From Deltaproteobacteria bacterium (lineage in GTDB: Bacteria > Desulfobacterota > Binatia > UBA1149 > CAITLU01), in assembly GCA_016218925.1 (NCBI GenBank), contig JACRCR010000141.1, positions 23,760 through 87,759 of the forward strand: DNA of 64,000 bases, written 5' to 3'. Made by a program: the position numbers and the translations under genes. This document shows positions 11,730-23,806 of this stretch, piece after piece (position 1 is the stretch's first letter; every line of letters starts with the position of its first letter). The notes under the pieces are model-generated. The model had not been told where the DNA came from. It ran no database searches and saw only the letters and a program-made list of their open reading frames with translations.

Positions 11730-13112
11730 GTGTATTTGTCTGACACAATCGTGGCGTGCGCCACCGCCCCTGGACGCGGTGCGATCGCGATAGTGCGCCT
11801 CAGCGGCCCGCAATGCGTTGCCATTGCCGAGCGCATGTTCCAGCCCCGATCGCAGTGCGGGCTCGAGCCGTGGCGACTGACGAGGGGGAACGTTATCGAC
11901 TCCCGGAGCGGCCAGTGCCTCGACGATGCGCTGGCTGTCTACTGTCCGGCTCCTCGAACCTATACCGGCGAAGACGTTCTAGAGTTCCACTGTCACGGCG
12001 CGCCGGTCGTGGTCGAGCAGGTCGTTGCGGGAGCGGTCGCGTGTGGCGCTCGCGTCGCCGAGCCCGGTGAGTTCAGCCGCCGAGCAGTGCTCAACGGCAA
12101 GATGGACCTGCTCCAGGCAGAGGCGATCGCGGACCTCGTAAACGCTCGGGTGGCCGCCGGCGCGCGCGCGGCCTGGGATCAACTCCAGGGGGCGCTCTCC
12201 CGGCGTCTGCAAAGTATCCGGCATGACCTGTTGCGCGTCCTCGCCGATGTCGAAGCAAGTCTGGACTTTTCCGATGACGAACTTCCCGAGGAAGACTGTC
12301 AGCGTCGGGTTGACGCAATCGCCGCCGTCCAGAAAGAGATCAGGAACCTTCTGAGCGGGTTCTCGGCGTCGAGGCGGGTCCGAAACGGAATCCGGGTCGT
12401 GTTCACTGGGCTGCCAAACGCCGGCAAGTCGAGTTTGATCAACCGCTTGCTCGGGTTCGGTCGGATGATTGTATCGAAGGAGCCGGGTACCACCCGTGAC
12501 GTGGTTGAGGAGTGTGTGGATCTGGGTGGCATGGCCTTCGTATTGGCCGACACCGCGGGGCTCCGGGAAAGCGATAGCAGTGCCGAAACCGAAGCTGTCT
12601 CGCGGGCACGGGCAACGCTGAGGGAAGCCGATGTGACCGTATGCGTGGTGGACTCTTCTGTACCTTACGACGCCGCCGACGCGGAAGGTGGGGGAATGCC
12701 TCGTGAAGAGACCGGTGCGCGGCGCGTCGTCGTGTTCAACAAGTCCGATCTGGCGTGCGTCTTGACGCGAGCGGCGAGAGAGTCGCTCTCGAGGCGAGCT
12801 GACCGTGTGTTGCGGGCGAGTGCGGCTACCGGTGAGGGGTGCGATGCCTTGGGAGAGGCGCTGCGAGAGATCGGTTCCGACATAACAGGCCCTGAAGCAG
12901 CGGGAATCAGCCGGATCCGGCATCAGGAAGCTCTGGGCCGTACACTCGAGAGCCTGGCAGCTGCTCGGACACTCGCCGCCGACGAAACAGTGCCGGAGTT
13001 GGTCGCCTTGGAACTGCGACAGGCCCTGCGCGAATTGGAGTCGCTTACGCAACCATTCGACAACGAGGAAGTGCTCGATCGGATTTTCGCCGAGTTTTGC
13101 ATCGGGAAGTAG
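11730..13112 (+). CDS. mnmE: tRNA modification GTPase MnmE (TrmE)
   Basis: GTG start. N-terminal TIVACATAPGRGAIAIVRLSG, G-domain motifs (GLPNAGKSSLIN; DTAGLRE; NKSDL), and C-terminal CIGK tail. Confidence 0.92.
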   Translation: MYLSDTIVACATAPGRGAIAIVRLSGPQCVAIAERMFQPRSQCGLEPWRLTRGNVIDSRSGQCLDDALAVYCPAPRTYTGEDVLEFHCHGAPVVVEQVVAGAVACGARVAEPGEFSRRAVLNGKMDLLQAEAIADLVNARVAAGARAAWDQLQGALSRRLQSIRHDLLRVLADVEASLDFSDDELPEEDCQRRVDAIAAVQKEIRNLLSGFSASRRVRNGIRVVFTGLPNAGKSSLINRLLGFGRMIVSKEPGTTRDVVEECVDLGGMAFVLADTAGLRESDSSAETEAVSRARATLREADVTVCVVDSSVPYDAADAEGGGMPREETGARRVVVFNKSDLACVLTRAARESLSRRADRVLRASAATGEGCDALGEALREIGSDITGPEAAGISRIRHQEALGRTLESLAAARTLAADETVPELVALELRQALRELESLTQPFDNEEVLDRIFAEFCIGK

Positions 13113-13139
13113 CGCGTCGCCGCGCCCGCGGGATCAACG

Positions 13140-15005
13140 ATGGAAAAAGACTTCGACGTAGTCGTGGTAGGGGCCGGTCACGCGGGCATTGAAGCCGCGC
13201 TTGCCGCAGCCCGTATGGGTTTGAAGACGCTGATGCTGACGCTGAACCTCGACAGCATCGGGCAGATGTCGTGCAATCCGGCGATAGGCGGTATCGGGAA
13301 GGGTCATCTGGTTCGTGAAATCGACGCCCTGGGCGGCGAGATGGGCCGGGCGATCGACGAATGCGGCATACAGTTTCGCAAGCTCAACACCCGCAAGGGA
13401 CCGGCCGTCCAAGCGTCGCGCGCTCAAGCCGACAAGGCCCGCTATCGATCGCGTATGAAGCGGGTGGTGGAATCGACCGAGCGTCTTACCGCGATGCAGT
13501 CGCACGTGACCGATCTGTTGGTGGAGAACGGCAGCGTTTGCGCCGTCGTCACCGAGCACGGCGAGAGTCTCTCCTGCAGCGCCGTGATCGTCACCGCGGG
13601 TACGTTTCTCAACGGCCTGATTCATGTCGGTGATCGTCGCCAAAGCGGAGGGCGCGCGGGAGACCGCGCAGCGAGCGGATTGACGGCAGCGCTGGAGAGG
13701 GTTGGCCTGGCGACCGGCAGGCTCAAGACGGGTACCTGTCCGCGCCTTGACGCTCGAACGATCGATTACTCCGCGCTGAGCCGGCAGCCGGGCGAGGCGG
13801 TGCCGGAGGGTTTCTCGTTCGATCGGAGGCCTCCGGCCCTCCCGCAAGTCTCGTGTCACCTCACCTACACAACTCCGTTGACGCATCGCATCATACGCGA
13901 ATCGATCGATAGATCACCGATCTACAACGCAACCATATCGTCGCGAGGACCGCGCTATTGCCCGTCGATCGAAGACAAGGTGATGAAGTTTCCGGAGCGG
14001 GACAGGCATCGCATATTCCTCGAGCCGGAAGGCTTGGATACGGTCGAGGTCTATCCGAACGGGCTGTCGACTTCGCTTCCTCTCGACGTCCAGAAACGTT
14101 TTGTCGCGACGATTCCAGGGTTGGAGCGGGCGATCATCGTGCGTCCCGGGTACGCGATCGAGTACGACTACGTCGCGCCGACTCAGCTCTGGCCGTCACT
14201 CGAGACGAAGCCGGTGCGTGGCCTTTTCTTGGCCGGCCAGATCAATGGCACGACGGGTTATGAAGAAGCGGCTGCGCAGGGACTCATCGCGGGCATCAAC
14301 GCGGCCCGCTTTGTAAGACGCGAACAGCCGGTGGTGCTGTCGCGGTCCAGTTCGTACATCGGCGTGCTGGTAGATGACCTGGTAACACGCGGAGTAGATG
14401 GAGAACCTTACCGCATGTTCACCTCGCGGGCGGAATTCCGCCTGCTGCTCCGGGAGGACAACGCCGACCTGCGTCTCGCGGAGATTTCCCGGCTCATCGG
14501 GCTGCTGGATGCCGAGAGGCTCGGGGCTCTGGCCGCAAAGGAGAGCGCGGTCCGCGAGGCTGTCGACGAGCTCCGGTCGCTGAAGGTTCTGCCAGACCGG
14601 GAGACCAACGCGAGGCTCCTTTCGAATGGCCGTGCCGAGATCAATTCGCCGGTTTCGGGATTCGAACTGCTCAAGCGTCCCGGGATGACGGTAAAGGCGC
14701 TGGCCGAATCGACGGGTGTGCGGAGGTGGGCGGCGGAGATTGAGAAACTAGTGGAGATCGAGGCCGTCTATGAAGGGTACATTCGCCGGCAGTCTGACGA
14801 AGTGCGTCGACTGGAAGGCCTCGAGAATGCGCCGATCCCGTCGGACCTGGCGTTTTGCAGCGTGGAAGGGCTTTCTACTGAGGTAACGGAGAAACTCTCC
14901 CGGATTCAACCGAGGTCTCTCGGCCAGGCGGCTCGCATCAGCGGCGTCACGCCGGCTGCGATCAGCGCGCTCGCGGTCCACCTGAGGAAGCGAGGGCTGG
15001 GTTGA
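13140..15005 (+). CDS. mnmG: tRNA uridine 5-carboxymethylaminomethyl modification enzyme MnmG (GidA)
   Basis: 621 aa. FAD-binding N-terminus [23 protein letters not shown]. Conserved GidA core and C-terminal region. Confidence 0.95.
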   Translation: MEKDFDVVVVGAGHAGIEAALAAARMGLKTLMLTLNLDSIGQMSCNPAIGGIGKGHLVREIDALGGEMGRAIDECGIQFRKLNTRKGPAVQASRAQADKARYRSRMKRVVESTERLTAMQSHVTDLLVENGSVCAVVTEHGESLSCSAVIVTAGTFLNGLIHVGDRRQSGGRAGDRAASGLTAALERVGLATGRLKTGTCPRLDARTIDYSALSRQPGEAVPEGFSFDRRPPALPQVSCHLTYTTPLTHRIIRESIDRSPIYNATISSRGPRYCPSIEDKVMKFPERDRHRIFLEPEGLDTVEVYPNGLSTSLPLDVQKRFVATIPGLERAIIVRPGYAIEYDYVAPTQLWPSLETKPVRGLFLAGQINGTTGYEEAAAQGLIAGINAARFVRREQPVVLSRSSSYIGVLVDDLVTRGVDGEPYRMFTSRAEFRLLLREDNADLRLAEISRLIGLLDAERLGALAAKESAVREAVDELRSLKVLPDRETNARLLSNGRAEINSPVSGFELLKRPGMTVKALAESTGVRRWAAEIEKLVEIEAVYEGYIRRQSDEVRRLEGLENAPIPSDLAFCSVEGLSTEVTEKLSRIQPRSLGQAARISGVTPAAISALAVHLRKRGLG

Positions 15006-15652
15006 TGGCGGCCAGAAGCGAGGAGCGCGACGCGCTGGTGTGCGGTGCAACCGATCTGGGAGTGGTGCTGAACGCCGAGCAAGCCTCCAAGCTGATTGAT
15101 TTCCTTGATCTCTTGTACGTCTGGAATCGTGCGTCTCGCTTGACTAAGGTCGTGCGTGAAGACGCGGTTCGGATCCATCTCCTTGATTCTTTGAGCGTCT
15201 GCCCATTGCTGAGCCCGCGGACTGTAGCGGATCTCGGGAGTGGGGCGGGACTTCCTGGCATCCCCCTCGCAGTGGCCCGGCCGGATCTCCGTTTCCATCT
15301 CGTAGAATCCAACCGTCGCCGGTGCAGCTTCCTCTACGAGGTCGTTCGTACGCTAGATCTCAGCAATGCCTCTGTCGTGGAGACGGACGTGGAGAGCCTC
15401 GGCCGATCGGGGCGATCGTTCGACACCGTTCTGAGCCGGGCCTTTCGTCCGCCGGCCGAGTTCCTGGTGATTGCAGGAAGGCTCTTGGCGGTCGGCGGTC
15501 GCGCAATCGTTATGGGAGGGGAGTCAAGGCCGTGCGTCAGCAGCTGTTCTCTGGAGCACCGAGCCGTTCTGGAGGTTGAATTCGAACGCCGGTTGGCGCT
15601 TCCGCTAGGCGGGGAGAAACGGTCGCTCGTAGCTCTGCGTCGAATCGCTTAG
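15002..15652 (+). CDS. rsmG: 16S rRNA (guanine527-N7)-methyltransferase RsmG (GidB)
   Basis: 216 aa. 4-bp overlap with mnmG. SAM-MTase motif [14 protein letters not shown]. Conserved position before parAB. Confidence 0.85.
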   Translation: MMAARSEERDALVCGATDLGVVLNAEQASKLIDFLDLLYVWNRASRLTKVVREDAVRIHLLDSLSVCPLLSPRTVADLGSGAGLPGIPLAVARPDLRFHLVESNRRRCSFLYEVVRTLDLSNASVVETDVESLGRSGRSFDTVLSRAFRPPAEFLVIAGRLLAVGGRAIVMGGESRPCVSSCSLEHRAVLEVEFERRLALPLGGEKRSLVALRRIA

Positions 15653-15688
15653 ACTGTCGGTCAAGCCACGGCGTCAGGTATCCGGGAT

Positions 15689-15704
15689 TGTTTCACGTGA
15701 AACA
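15689..15704. promoter_or_regulatory. parS centromere-like site, perfect 16-bp palindrome TGTTTCACGTGAAACA
   Basis: Exact match to the canonical chromosomal parS consensus, read directly. Located in the rsmG-parA intergenic region. Confidence 0.9.
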
Positions 15705-15968
15705 CGCGCGCGCTTTGGCCGTACGGCGAGTTCGCCCAAGAGCCGGCCACCGCTAACGGCCGCCGCTCGATACGGGCGATGTACGCGAGTACGCTGAGTT
15801 TCCGGGCTTTTCTCACCGGCTCGCCCGGATCCGAGCAAATCGGCCGTCACCGCCGCGGCCTAATGCTCTCGGGCCTCGAGCCGGTTGGCTCTGTGCGAGA
15901 GTTCTTGGCGTTGCAGTTCCTGGCGTGGTACCCAGGTTAACAGCGGGTAGTCGTTGTGGAGAGGTGGA

Positions 15969-16793
15969 ATGGGGTTGACGATCGCGGTTGCGAATCAGAA
16001 GGGCGGGGTCGGTAAGACGGCGACGGCCATCAATCTGAGTAGCGCGCTAGCCCTCGAAAAGCGGCGAGTTCTCCTGATCGATCTGGACGCGCAGGGCAGC
16101 GCGACCAGCGGACTGGGCTTGCGCTGCGAGACGGCAGCTTCCGTATACGATGTGCTTCTCGGCCGCATTCGGCTTGACGAGGCGATTCTGGCTACCGCAA
16201 CTCCGGGTCTGGACTTGGTGCCGGCTACGCGGGAATTGGCCGGAGCGGAAGTGGAACTCGTCTCGATGGCGGACCGGCACTGGAAGCTGAGGGACCAGCT
16301 TGCGTCGGTCAAGGGTTCCTACGACTGCATACTCATCGATTCTCCGCCAGCCCTGGGAATGCTCACTCTCAATGCGCTCTGCGCGGCGGACGGGGTCTTG
16401 ATCCCGCTCCAGTGCGAATTCTATGCGCTTGAAGGCCTGGGCGCCCTGCTGGGCACGATCGATCGGATCAGGACGGCACTAAATCCGTCGCTGGAGGTCT
16501 TGGGCATCCTGCTGACCATGTACGACGCGCGGACCTCGCTGAGCCGCCACGTCGCCCGAGAGGTCCGCGCGCACTTCGGAGACAAGGTGCTGAACGCGAT
16601 GGTCCCGCGCAATGTCCGAATAAGCGAAAGTCCGTCGCACGGCCTGTCCGTCATCGCTTACGACCCCACCTCGGCTGGCGCGGCGGCGTATCGGCAAGTC
16701 GGACGGGAAGTGCTCGCGGCGATTTCGCGCCGCTTGGGGCATACGCCGATTCCAGGTCGCCGGGAGGAGGAGAATGAGACAGCCGCTAGGTAG
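15969..16793 (+). CDS. parA: Chromosome partitioning ATPase ParA (Soj)
   Basis: ATG at 15969 preceded by GGAGAGGTGG RBS. Deviant Walker A (IAVANQKGGVGKTATAINLSSALA). The listed ORF start at 15954 is a TTG five codons upstream. Confidence 0.9.
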   Translation: MGLTIAVANQKGGVGKTATAINLSSALALEKRRVLLIDLDAQGSATSGLGLRCETAASVYDVLLGRIRLDEAILATATPGLDLVPATRELAGAEVELVSMADRHWKLRDQLASVKGSYDCILIDSPPALGMLTLNALCAADGVLIPLQCEFYALEGLGALLGTIDRIRTALNPSLEVLGILLTMYDARTSLSRHVAREVRAHFGDKVLNAMVPRNVRISESPSHGLSVIAYDPTSAGAAAYRQVGREVLAAISRRLGHTPIPGRREEENETAAR

Positions 16794-17688
16794 AGGCCTT
16801 GACGCGATCTTGGGCGACGCGCCGGAGATCCAGCAGCCCGGCAGCCGCCAGCCCGGTGTGGCACAGGGGCCCCCATTCGGGGGCGTAAATGAAGGGAAGC
16901 CGCTGCTCGTTCCGATTGAGAGGGTGATGGCCGGAAGGGGGCAGCCGCGCAGACATTTCGACGATGCGCAGCTCGACGAGTTGGCCGCCTCCATCCGCGA
17001 GAAAGGGATCCTGCAGCCGCTGGTCGTCGTTGCTCGCTCGGGTTCGTACGAGTTGATAGCGGGGGAACGGCGTTTGCGCGCTGCCGCAAGGGCGGGTCTT
17101 GATAAGGTGCCGGTGATCGTCCGTGAAGCCGAGAGCGATTCGGAGATGCTTGAGCTGGCGCTGGTCGAAAATATCCAGCGCGAGGACCTCGGTCCGTTGG
17201 AGCGAGCCCGGGCGTATGAGCGCTTGCTGGAGGCGTACGACCACACGCATGAAGATATCGCGCGAAAGATCGGGAAAGCGCGCGCGACCGTCGCCAATAC
17301 ACTTCGACTCCTCGCGCTCCCCAGACCAGTGCTGGACGCGTTGGAGCAGGGTCTGCTGACAGAAGGCCACGCACGGACGCTCCTGTCTCTCAGCACTGCC
17401 TCCAGGCAGATCGAGGGTATGCAGGCAATTGTCCGAGGATCGCTCTCCGTGCGTGACGCGGAGCAATTGGTGAAGGACTGGCTCCGGCCGGGCGCCTCGA
17501 TTCGCCCGGAGGTCGCCGGCGCGAAATCCCGGGTCGGGTCTGCTATCGAGCAATCACTGAGCCGCGCGCTCGGGACGAAAGTCCGTGTCCGCGGGAGTGA
17601 AACGAGGGGCCGCATCGAAGTTGAGTTTTACTCCAAGGAAGAATTAACCCGACTTATCGACGTCATCGCCGGCGGAAGATCGGTCTAA
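16774..17688 (+). CDS. parB: Chromosome partitioning protein ParB (Spo0J)
   Basis: N-terminal RQPLGRGLDAILG. ParB box GERRLRAARAAGL. HTH region. 20-bp overlap with parA and GGGAGGAGG RBS. Confidence 0.9.
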   Translation: MRQPLGRGLDAILGDAPEIQQPGSRQPGVAQGPPFGGVNEGKPLLVPIERVMAGRGQPRRHFDDAQLDELAASIREKGILQPLVVVARSGSYELIAGERRLRAAARAGLDKVPVIVREAESDSEMLELALVENIQREDLGPLERARAYERLLEAYDHTHEDIARKIGKARATVANTLRLLALPRPVLDALEQGLLTEGHARTLLSLSTASRQIEGMQAIVRGSLSVRDAEQLVKDWLRPGASIRPEVAGAKSRVGSAIEQSLSRALGTKVRVRGSETRGRIEVEFYSKEELTRLIDVIAGGRSV

Positions 17689-17881
17689 CTTTTGACAACT
17701 ATCGAATGCGGTGGTAGCCGAGGGCCTCGCGATCGGGACAACGCCGGGTTTTGTTCAAGAAGCGTGCGAGGCATGCCGCGGGCTCGCCTCACGGACCGTT
17801 TCGTCCATTTCGAATTCTGGCGAGTCGGACCCCGCCCTGTGCGCGGGTTAGAAAGTAAGGGGCCTGAGCTCGCATCTTCGC

Positions 17882-18319
17882 ATGCTGACGTTTCCACCGG
17901 ACTACACATTTCTCGTTCAGTTCGTGGCGTTCTTCGCCCTGCTGATCGTACTTTCGCGTCTTCTTTTTTCGCCTTTCCTGCAACTGCTGGCCGAACGCGA
18001 AGCGCGCACGGTCGGGGATGCGGAACGCGCGGCGACCGAGCGCACCGACGCGGAGCGGTTGGCGACGAGGATCGAAGCAGATCTCGCCAAGGTCCGCGCG
18101 CAGGCGATGAACGAGGTCGAGACGGTTCGTCGTTCAACCAGGGAGGAGGAGGCTAGGCTCTTCTCGGCCGCCCAGGGCGAAGCGTCCGCACGATTGGCCG
18201 ACTTGCGGTCTTCAATTTCGGCCGCCGCCGCGCAGGCTCGCAGCGCGCTTGCCGCGGATGCCAGGAGCGTCGCGGACCAGATGGTGACAAGCATCCTCGG
18301 GCGAGGAGGCCGGTTATGA
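17882..18319 (+). CDS. atpF2: F0F1 ATP synthase subunit b-prime
   Basis: 145 aa. Single N-terminal TM helix (FLVQFVAFFALLIVLSRLLF) followed by a long charged coiled coil. Immediately precedes the second b-type subunit. Confidence 0.7.
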   Translation: MLTFPPDYTFLVQFVAFFALLIVLSRLLFSPFLQLLAEREARTVGDAERAATERTDAERLATRIEADLAKVRAQAMNEVETVRRSTREEEARLFSAAQGEASARLADLRSSISAAAAQARSALAADARSVADQMVTSILGRGGRL

Positions 18320-18909
18320 ACTCGAGGCGTGCTAGCAGACTGCTGACACTGAGCTTGGGGCTAGTCGTGTCGCCGCTAACTCTGTCCGTCTGCTTCGGCA
18401 ACGAGGCGGGGGCGCACGCCGATGAAGCATCCGCGGACTGGGCGGGCCTGGGGTTCGCGGTTATCAACTTCTCGCTCTTTCTGATGGTGCTGCTTCGGTT
18501 CGCTTGGCCTGCGCTGCGCGACTTCCTGCATGGCCGTAAACGCGAAATCGCCGAGGCCATGTCGACGGCTGCCCGAGCGATGGCCGAGGCCGAGCAAATT
18601 CGACGGGAATACGCCGCTAAGGAAGCGGCCCTGGATGAGACGTGCCGCAAGATGGTCGATGAGATCCGCGAGGGCGCTGCGGCCGACCGACAGCGAGCGC
18701 TGGTGGCGGCAACTGAGGCTGCGGAACGCCTGAAGGCAGACGCTGAGCGTCAAGCCGCGTCCGAGCTCGCGCGCGCGCGGCGAGAGTTGCGAGCAGAAGC
18801 GGCGCGTCTCGCGGCCCGGCTTGCGGAGGCTCAAATCAGGGAGAAGCTGGACGCGGCGGATCGGTCGCGGCTGGTCCAGGACTTCGTGGCCGGAGTACCT
18901 CAATCATGA
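18316..18909 (+). CDS. atpF: F0F1 ATP synthase subunit b
   Basis: 197 aa. N-terminal hydrophobic segment then Ala/Arg/Glu-rich coiled coil. 4-bp overlap with upstream b-prime and downstream atpH. Confidence 0.75.
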   Translation: MNSRRASRLLTLSLGLVVSPLTLSVCFGNEAGAHADEASADWAGLGFAVINFSLFLMVLLRFAWPALRDFLHGRKREIAEAMSTAARAMAEAEQIRREYAAKEAALDETCRKMVDEIREGAAADRQRALVAATEAAERLKADAERQAASELARARRELRAEAARLAARLAEAQIREKLDAADRSRLVQDFVAGVPQS

Positions 18910-19445
18910 CTCCGGGCGCGGTAGCCAGACGCTACGGGAGAGCTCTTTTTGAACTGGCCCGAGAGGCGAGCCAGGTCGAGCCGATTGGCGAACTGCTCGC
19001 GATCGTCGCTGCCGCGGTATCTTCGTTGGAGCCGGGTTCTCTTGCGCCCGGGCTACTCACGCTCCAGCAGCGTCACCAGCTTGGAGCGGCCTTGGCCCCG
19101 ACGTTCGGGCACCAACCGCTGCTGAGTCGGTTCGTCGGAGTGCTCGCCGAGAACGACAGGTTAGGCCAGATCCCGGCGATCGCGCGAACCTACGAACGCT
19201 TGGGTGACGCCGCCGCTGGTCGCGTCCGTGTCCGAGTGCGCAGCGCGAGTCCGCTGACGGACGCCGAACTGGACTCGATCCGCGAGAGCCTAGAGCGCCT
19301 TACCGGTCACGTCGTCGTCCCAGAGCTGGAGATAGACGACGATTTGATCGGCGGCGTCACGGTCGAGAGCCAAGGCCGTGTCTACGACGGAAGCATTCGA
19401 ACCCAGCTCGCTTTACTCGAGCGCCGCATGGCGGGCGAGGTCTGA
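18906..19445 (+). CDS. atpH: F0F1 ATP synthase subunit delta (OSCP)
   Basis: 179 aa. N-terminal ARRYGRALFELA motif typical of the delta subunit. Operon position before atpA. Confidence 0.82.
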   Translation: MTPGAVARRYGRALFELAREASQVEPIGELLAIVAAAVSSLEPGSLAPGLLTLQQRHQLGAALAPTFGHQPLLSRFVGVLAENDRLGQIPAIARTYERLGDAAAGRVRVRVRSASPLTDAELDSIRESLERLTGHVVVPELEIDDDLIGGVTVESQGRVYDGSIRTQLALLERRMAGEV

Positions 19446-19521
19446 TTAGACCGGTCGCGAGCGCGCTCGATAGAAATTTTTCAGCGCGGTCGCCCCGCCT
19501 CGAAGAACCCGGAGGAAGTCG

Positions 19522-21033
19522 GTGCAGCAGATCAAGGCATCCGAGATCAGCGATATCATTAAGCAGCAGATTCAGGACTTCGGCCGTAAGGTGGAAGTTC
19601 GTGAGACCGGTCGCGTTCTGGCTACCGGTGACGGGATCGCGCGCATTCACGGGCTCGATCGTGCCGCGGCCGGTGAACTCCTGGAGTTCGAGGGCGGCAA
19701 GTTCGGCATGGTTCTGAACCTCGAAGAGGACAATGTCGGGGCGGCGGTATTTGCTGACCCTGAACTGGTCCGCGAGGGATCCGAGGTACGGCGGACAGGA
19801 CGTATCGCGGACGTGCCGGTAGGCGATGCGCTGCTGGGCCGCGTGGTGAATGCGCTGGGTCAGCCCATCGATGGCCTTGGCGAGCTCAAGACGGACCAGC
19901 GGCGCCGGATCGAAGTCAAAGCGCCGGGTATCGTGCTCCGCGCTCCCGTCAAGCAGCCCCTGCAGACAGGGATCAAGGCGATCGATTCGATGATTCCCAT
20001 CGGTCGCGGTCAGCGCGAACTGATCATCGGGGATCGGCAGACGGGGAAGACGGCGATCGCGCTCGACACAATCATCAATCAGAAGGGCGGCGACGTCCTC
20101 TGTATCTACGTCGCCATCGGGCAGAAGCGATCGACCGTGGCCCAGGTCGTCGAGCGTCTCAAGAAGCACGGAGCGATGGACTACACCATCGTCGTAGCTG
20201 CGACGGCGTCCGAGTCGGCTCCGCTTCAGTTCCTCGCCCCATACACTGGCGTGACGATGGGCGAGTACTTTCGCGACAATGGCCGTCACGCGCTCATAAT
20301 CTACGACGATCTTTCGAAGCAGGCGGTCGCGTACCGGCAGCTCTCGTTGTTGTTGCGTCGCCCTCCGGGCCGAGAAGCGTACCCAGGCGACGTTTTCTAC
20401 CTGCACTCCCGTCTTCTCGAACGTGCCGCAAAGATGAGTGATGCGGCGGGAGGAGGCTCGCTCACGGCTCTGCCTATCATCGAGACACAGGCCGGTGACG
20501 TTTCCGCCTACATTCCGACCAACGTCATTTCGATCACGGATGGCCAGATCTATCTGGAGACCGATCTCTTCTACTCCGGTGTTCGCCCTGCCGTGAACGT
20601 CGGCTTGTCAGTGTCGCGCGTCGGCGGGTCGGCTCAGATCAAGGCCATGAAGCAAGTGGCCGGAACGCTTCGTCTCGATCTTGCCCAGTATCGAGAGATG
20701 GCGGCCTTTGCCCAGTTCGGTTCTGATCTGGATGCTTCGACGCAACGGATGCTTTCGCGCGGTCAACGCCTCGTGGAGATTCTCAAGCAGGACCAGTACG
20801 TACCGCTCCCCGTGGAGAGCCAGATCGTCATAGTTTACGCCGCGATCAACGGTTTCATAGACGGGGTCGAGCCGGCACATATCCGGCGCTACGAGGAGGA
20901 AATGCGCAGTTTCCTCGGTCGCGCGCATCCCGAGGTCTACGCCAGTATTCGAGAGAAGAGAGAGATGTCGGACGACGTAAAGGCGAAGCTGAATGCTGCT
21001 CTTGCGGAGTTCCAGGGAATTTTCGGGGCTTGA
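19522..21033 (+). CDS. atpA: F0F1 ATP synthase subunit alpha
   Basis: 503 aa. P-loop [18 protein letters not shown]. Highly conserved alpha-subunit sequence throughout. Confidence 0.97.
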   Translation: MQQIKASEISDIIKQQIQDFGRKVEVRETGRVLATGDGIARIHGLDRAAAGELLEFEGGKFGMVLNLEEDNVGAAVFADPELVREGSEVRRTGRIADVPVGDALLGRVVNALGQPIDGLGELKTDQRRRIEVKAPGIVLRAPVKQPLQTGIKAIDSMIPIGRGQRELIIGDRQTGKTAIALDTIINQKGGDVLCIYVAIGQKRSTVAQVVERLKKHGAMDYTIVVAATASESAPLQFLAPYTGVTMGEYFRDNGRHALIIYDDLSKQAVAYRQLSLLLRRPPGREAYPGDVFYLHSRLLERAAKMSDAAGGGSLTALPIIETQAGDVSAYIPTNVISITDGQIYLETDLFYSGVRPAVNVGLSVSRVGGSAQIKAMKQVAGTLRLDLAQYREMAAFAQFGSDLDASTQRMLSRGQRLVEILKQDQYVPLPVESQIVIVYAAINGFIDGVEPAHIRRYEEEMRSFLGRAHPEVYASIREKREMSDDVKAKLNAALAEFQGIFGA

Positions 21034-21040
21034 GTAGACC

Positions 21041-21898
21041 GTGCCCAGCCTGAAGCACACACGAAAGCGCATCGCTTCGGTCCGCAATACCCAGCAGATC
21101 ACGAAAGCGATGAAGATGGTCTCGGCCGCGAAGCTCCGCCGTGCTCAGGAGGCCGCCGAGAACGCGAGACCCTACGGACAGCGGCTCGAGGAGTTACTCG
21201 CGAGCGTTGCGGCCACCGTGGGTGAGGAGAGTCATCCTTTCCTGCAGCCAGGATCCGGTGCGCCGGCCGAAGTGATCGTCATAACCTCTGACCGTGGCCT
21301 CTGCGGCGGTTACAATGCCAACTTGATAAAGAAGGCCGAGGCTTTCCTCCGTAGCGACGATGGGAGAGACGCGACCCTGGTTACGTGCGGGCGGCGTGGG
21401 GACGATTATTTCAGGAAGCACCGTGGGTCGAGTCTGCGCGAGCGTCACGTCAATCGCGTGGGCGGTTTCGACCTCGCGTTGGCGCGCGAAGTGGCGGGTA
21501 CGGCTGCGGAGCGTTTTCTTTCGGGCAGTGCCGGAGCGGTCTACCTCGTGTATTCGCAGTTTCGATCGGCGATAGCCCAGTTCCCGGTTCTGGTGCGATT
21601 GTTGCCGGTGGAAGCCTCGACTCGCGCCGTGACGGATGTCGAGTATTTGTGCGAGCCGACGGCGGCCACGTTGTTGCGATCACTGTCGGCTCGTTACATC
21701 GAGACTAAAGTCTACCAAGCGATGCTCGAGGCCACTGCGAGTGAACACGGGGCGCGGATGACGGCCATGGACAGTGCTGCCCGCAACGCGTCGGACATGA
21801 TTGATCGACTCACGCTTCAGATGAACCGTGCACGGCAGGCGAGTATCACGACGGAACTGATGGAGATCGTCGGTGGCGCCGAGGCCCTGAAGGGTTAA
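21041..21898 (+). CDS. atpG: F0F1 ATP synthase subunit gamma
   Basis: 285 aa. N-terminus LKHTRKRIASVRNTQQITKAMKMVSAAKLRRAQ and C-terminal ITTELMEIVGGAEAL typical of gamma. Confidence 0.92.
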   Translation: MPSLKHTRKRIASVRNTQQITKAMKMVSAAKLRRAQEAAENARPYGQRLEELLASVAATVGEESHPFLQPGSGAPAEVIVITSDRGLCGGYNANLIKKAEAFLRSDDGRDATLVTCGRRGDDYFRKHRGSSLRERHVNRVGGFDLALAREVAGTAAERFLSGSAGAVYLVYSQFRSAIAQFPVLVRLLPVEASTRAVTDVEYLCEPTAATLLRSLSARYIETKVYQAMLEATASEHGARMTAMDSAARNASDMIDRLTLQMNRARQASITTELMEIVGGAEALKG

Positions 21899-23320
<1,422 letters not shown>

Positions 23321-23328
23321 GGAACGCA

Positions 23329-23718
23329 ATGCGGCTCAGGATCGTTACACCCGTACGACCGGTCGTTGACACCGAGGTCACCGAGGTGGTCGTTCCTGGT
23401 AGCGAGGGCGAGTTCGGAGTCCTCCCACTGCACGTGACTTTCCTCGGGGGTCTGGCGCCCGGAATTCTGACTTACGTCGACGATGGCACCCGCAAGAGGG
23501 TGGTTTTGGATGGCGGCTACGCCGAAGTACGTGGGGATAACTTGACGATTCTCGCCGACGCGGCGGAGTTCCCCGAGGAAATCGATGGCGCGCGTGCACG
23601 TGCGGAAATGAGCCGCGTCGAGGAAGCCTTGGCGGATGGCGGGGCGGACCCTGCGCAGACGGAGAGGCTCCTTCGCGAATTGGCACTTGCTCGCGCACGG
23701 GTTTCGGTTGCTCCCTGA
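23329..23718 (+). CDS. atpC: F0F1 ATP synthase subunit epsilon
   Basis: 129 aa. N-terminal beta-sandwich (LRIVTPVRPVVDTEVTEVVVPGSEGEFGVLPLH) and C-terminal helical hairpin. Confidence 0.85.
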   Translation: MRLRIVTPVRPVVDTEVTEVVVPGSEGEFGVLPLHVTFLGGLAPGILTYVDDGTRKRVVLDGGYAEVRGDNLTILADAAEFPEEIDGARARAEMSRVEEALADGGADPAQTERLLRELALARARVSVAP

Positions 23719-23806
23719 ATCCATCTGGTCGGCCGCCCGCTTTTTCCTCTCCCGTGACGCCTTTTCTTGCGCGACCTGCTCGCGTACATGAGCAGGGAGT
23801 GCACCG

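Noticed and set aside
16479-17615. 378-aa and 255-aa minus-strand ORFs over parA/parB
   Set aside because: Antisense to ParA/ParB, which have canonical motifs and RBSs; Ser/Arg/Pro-rich artefact composition.
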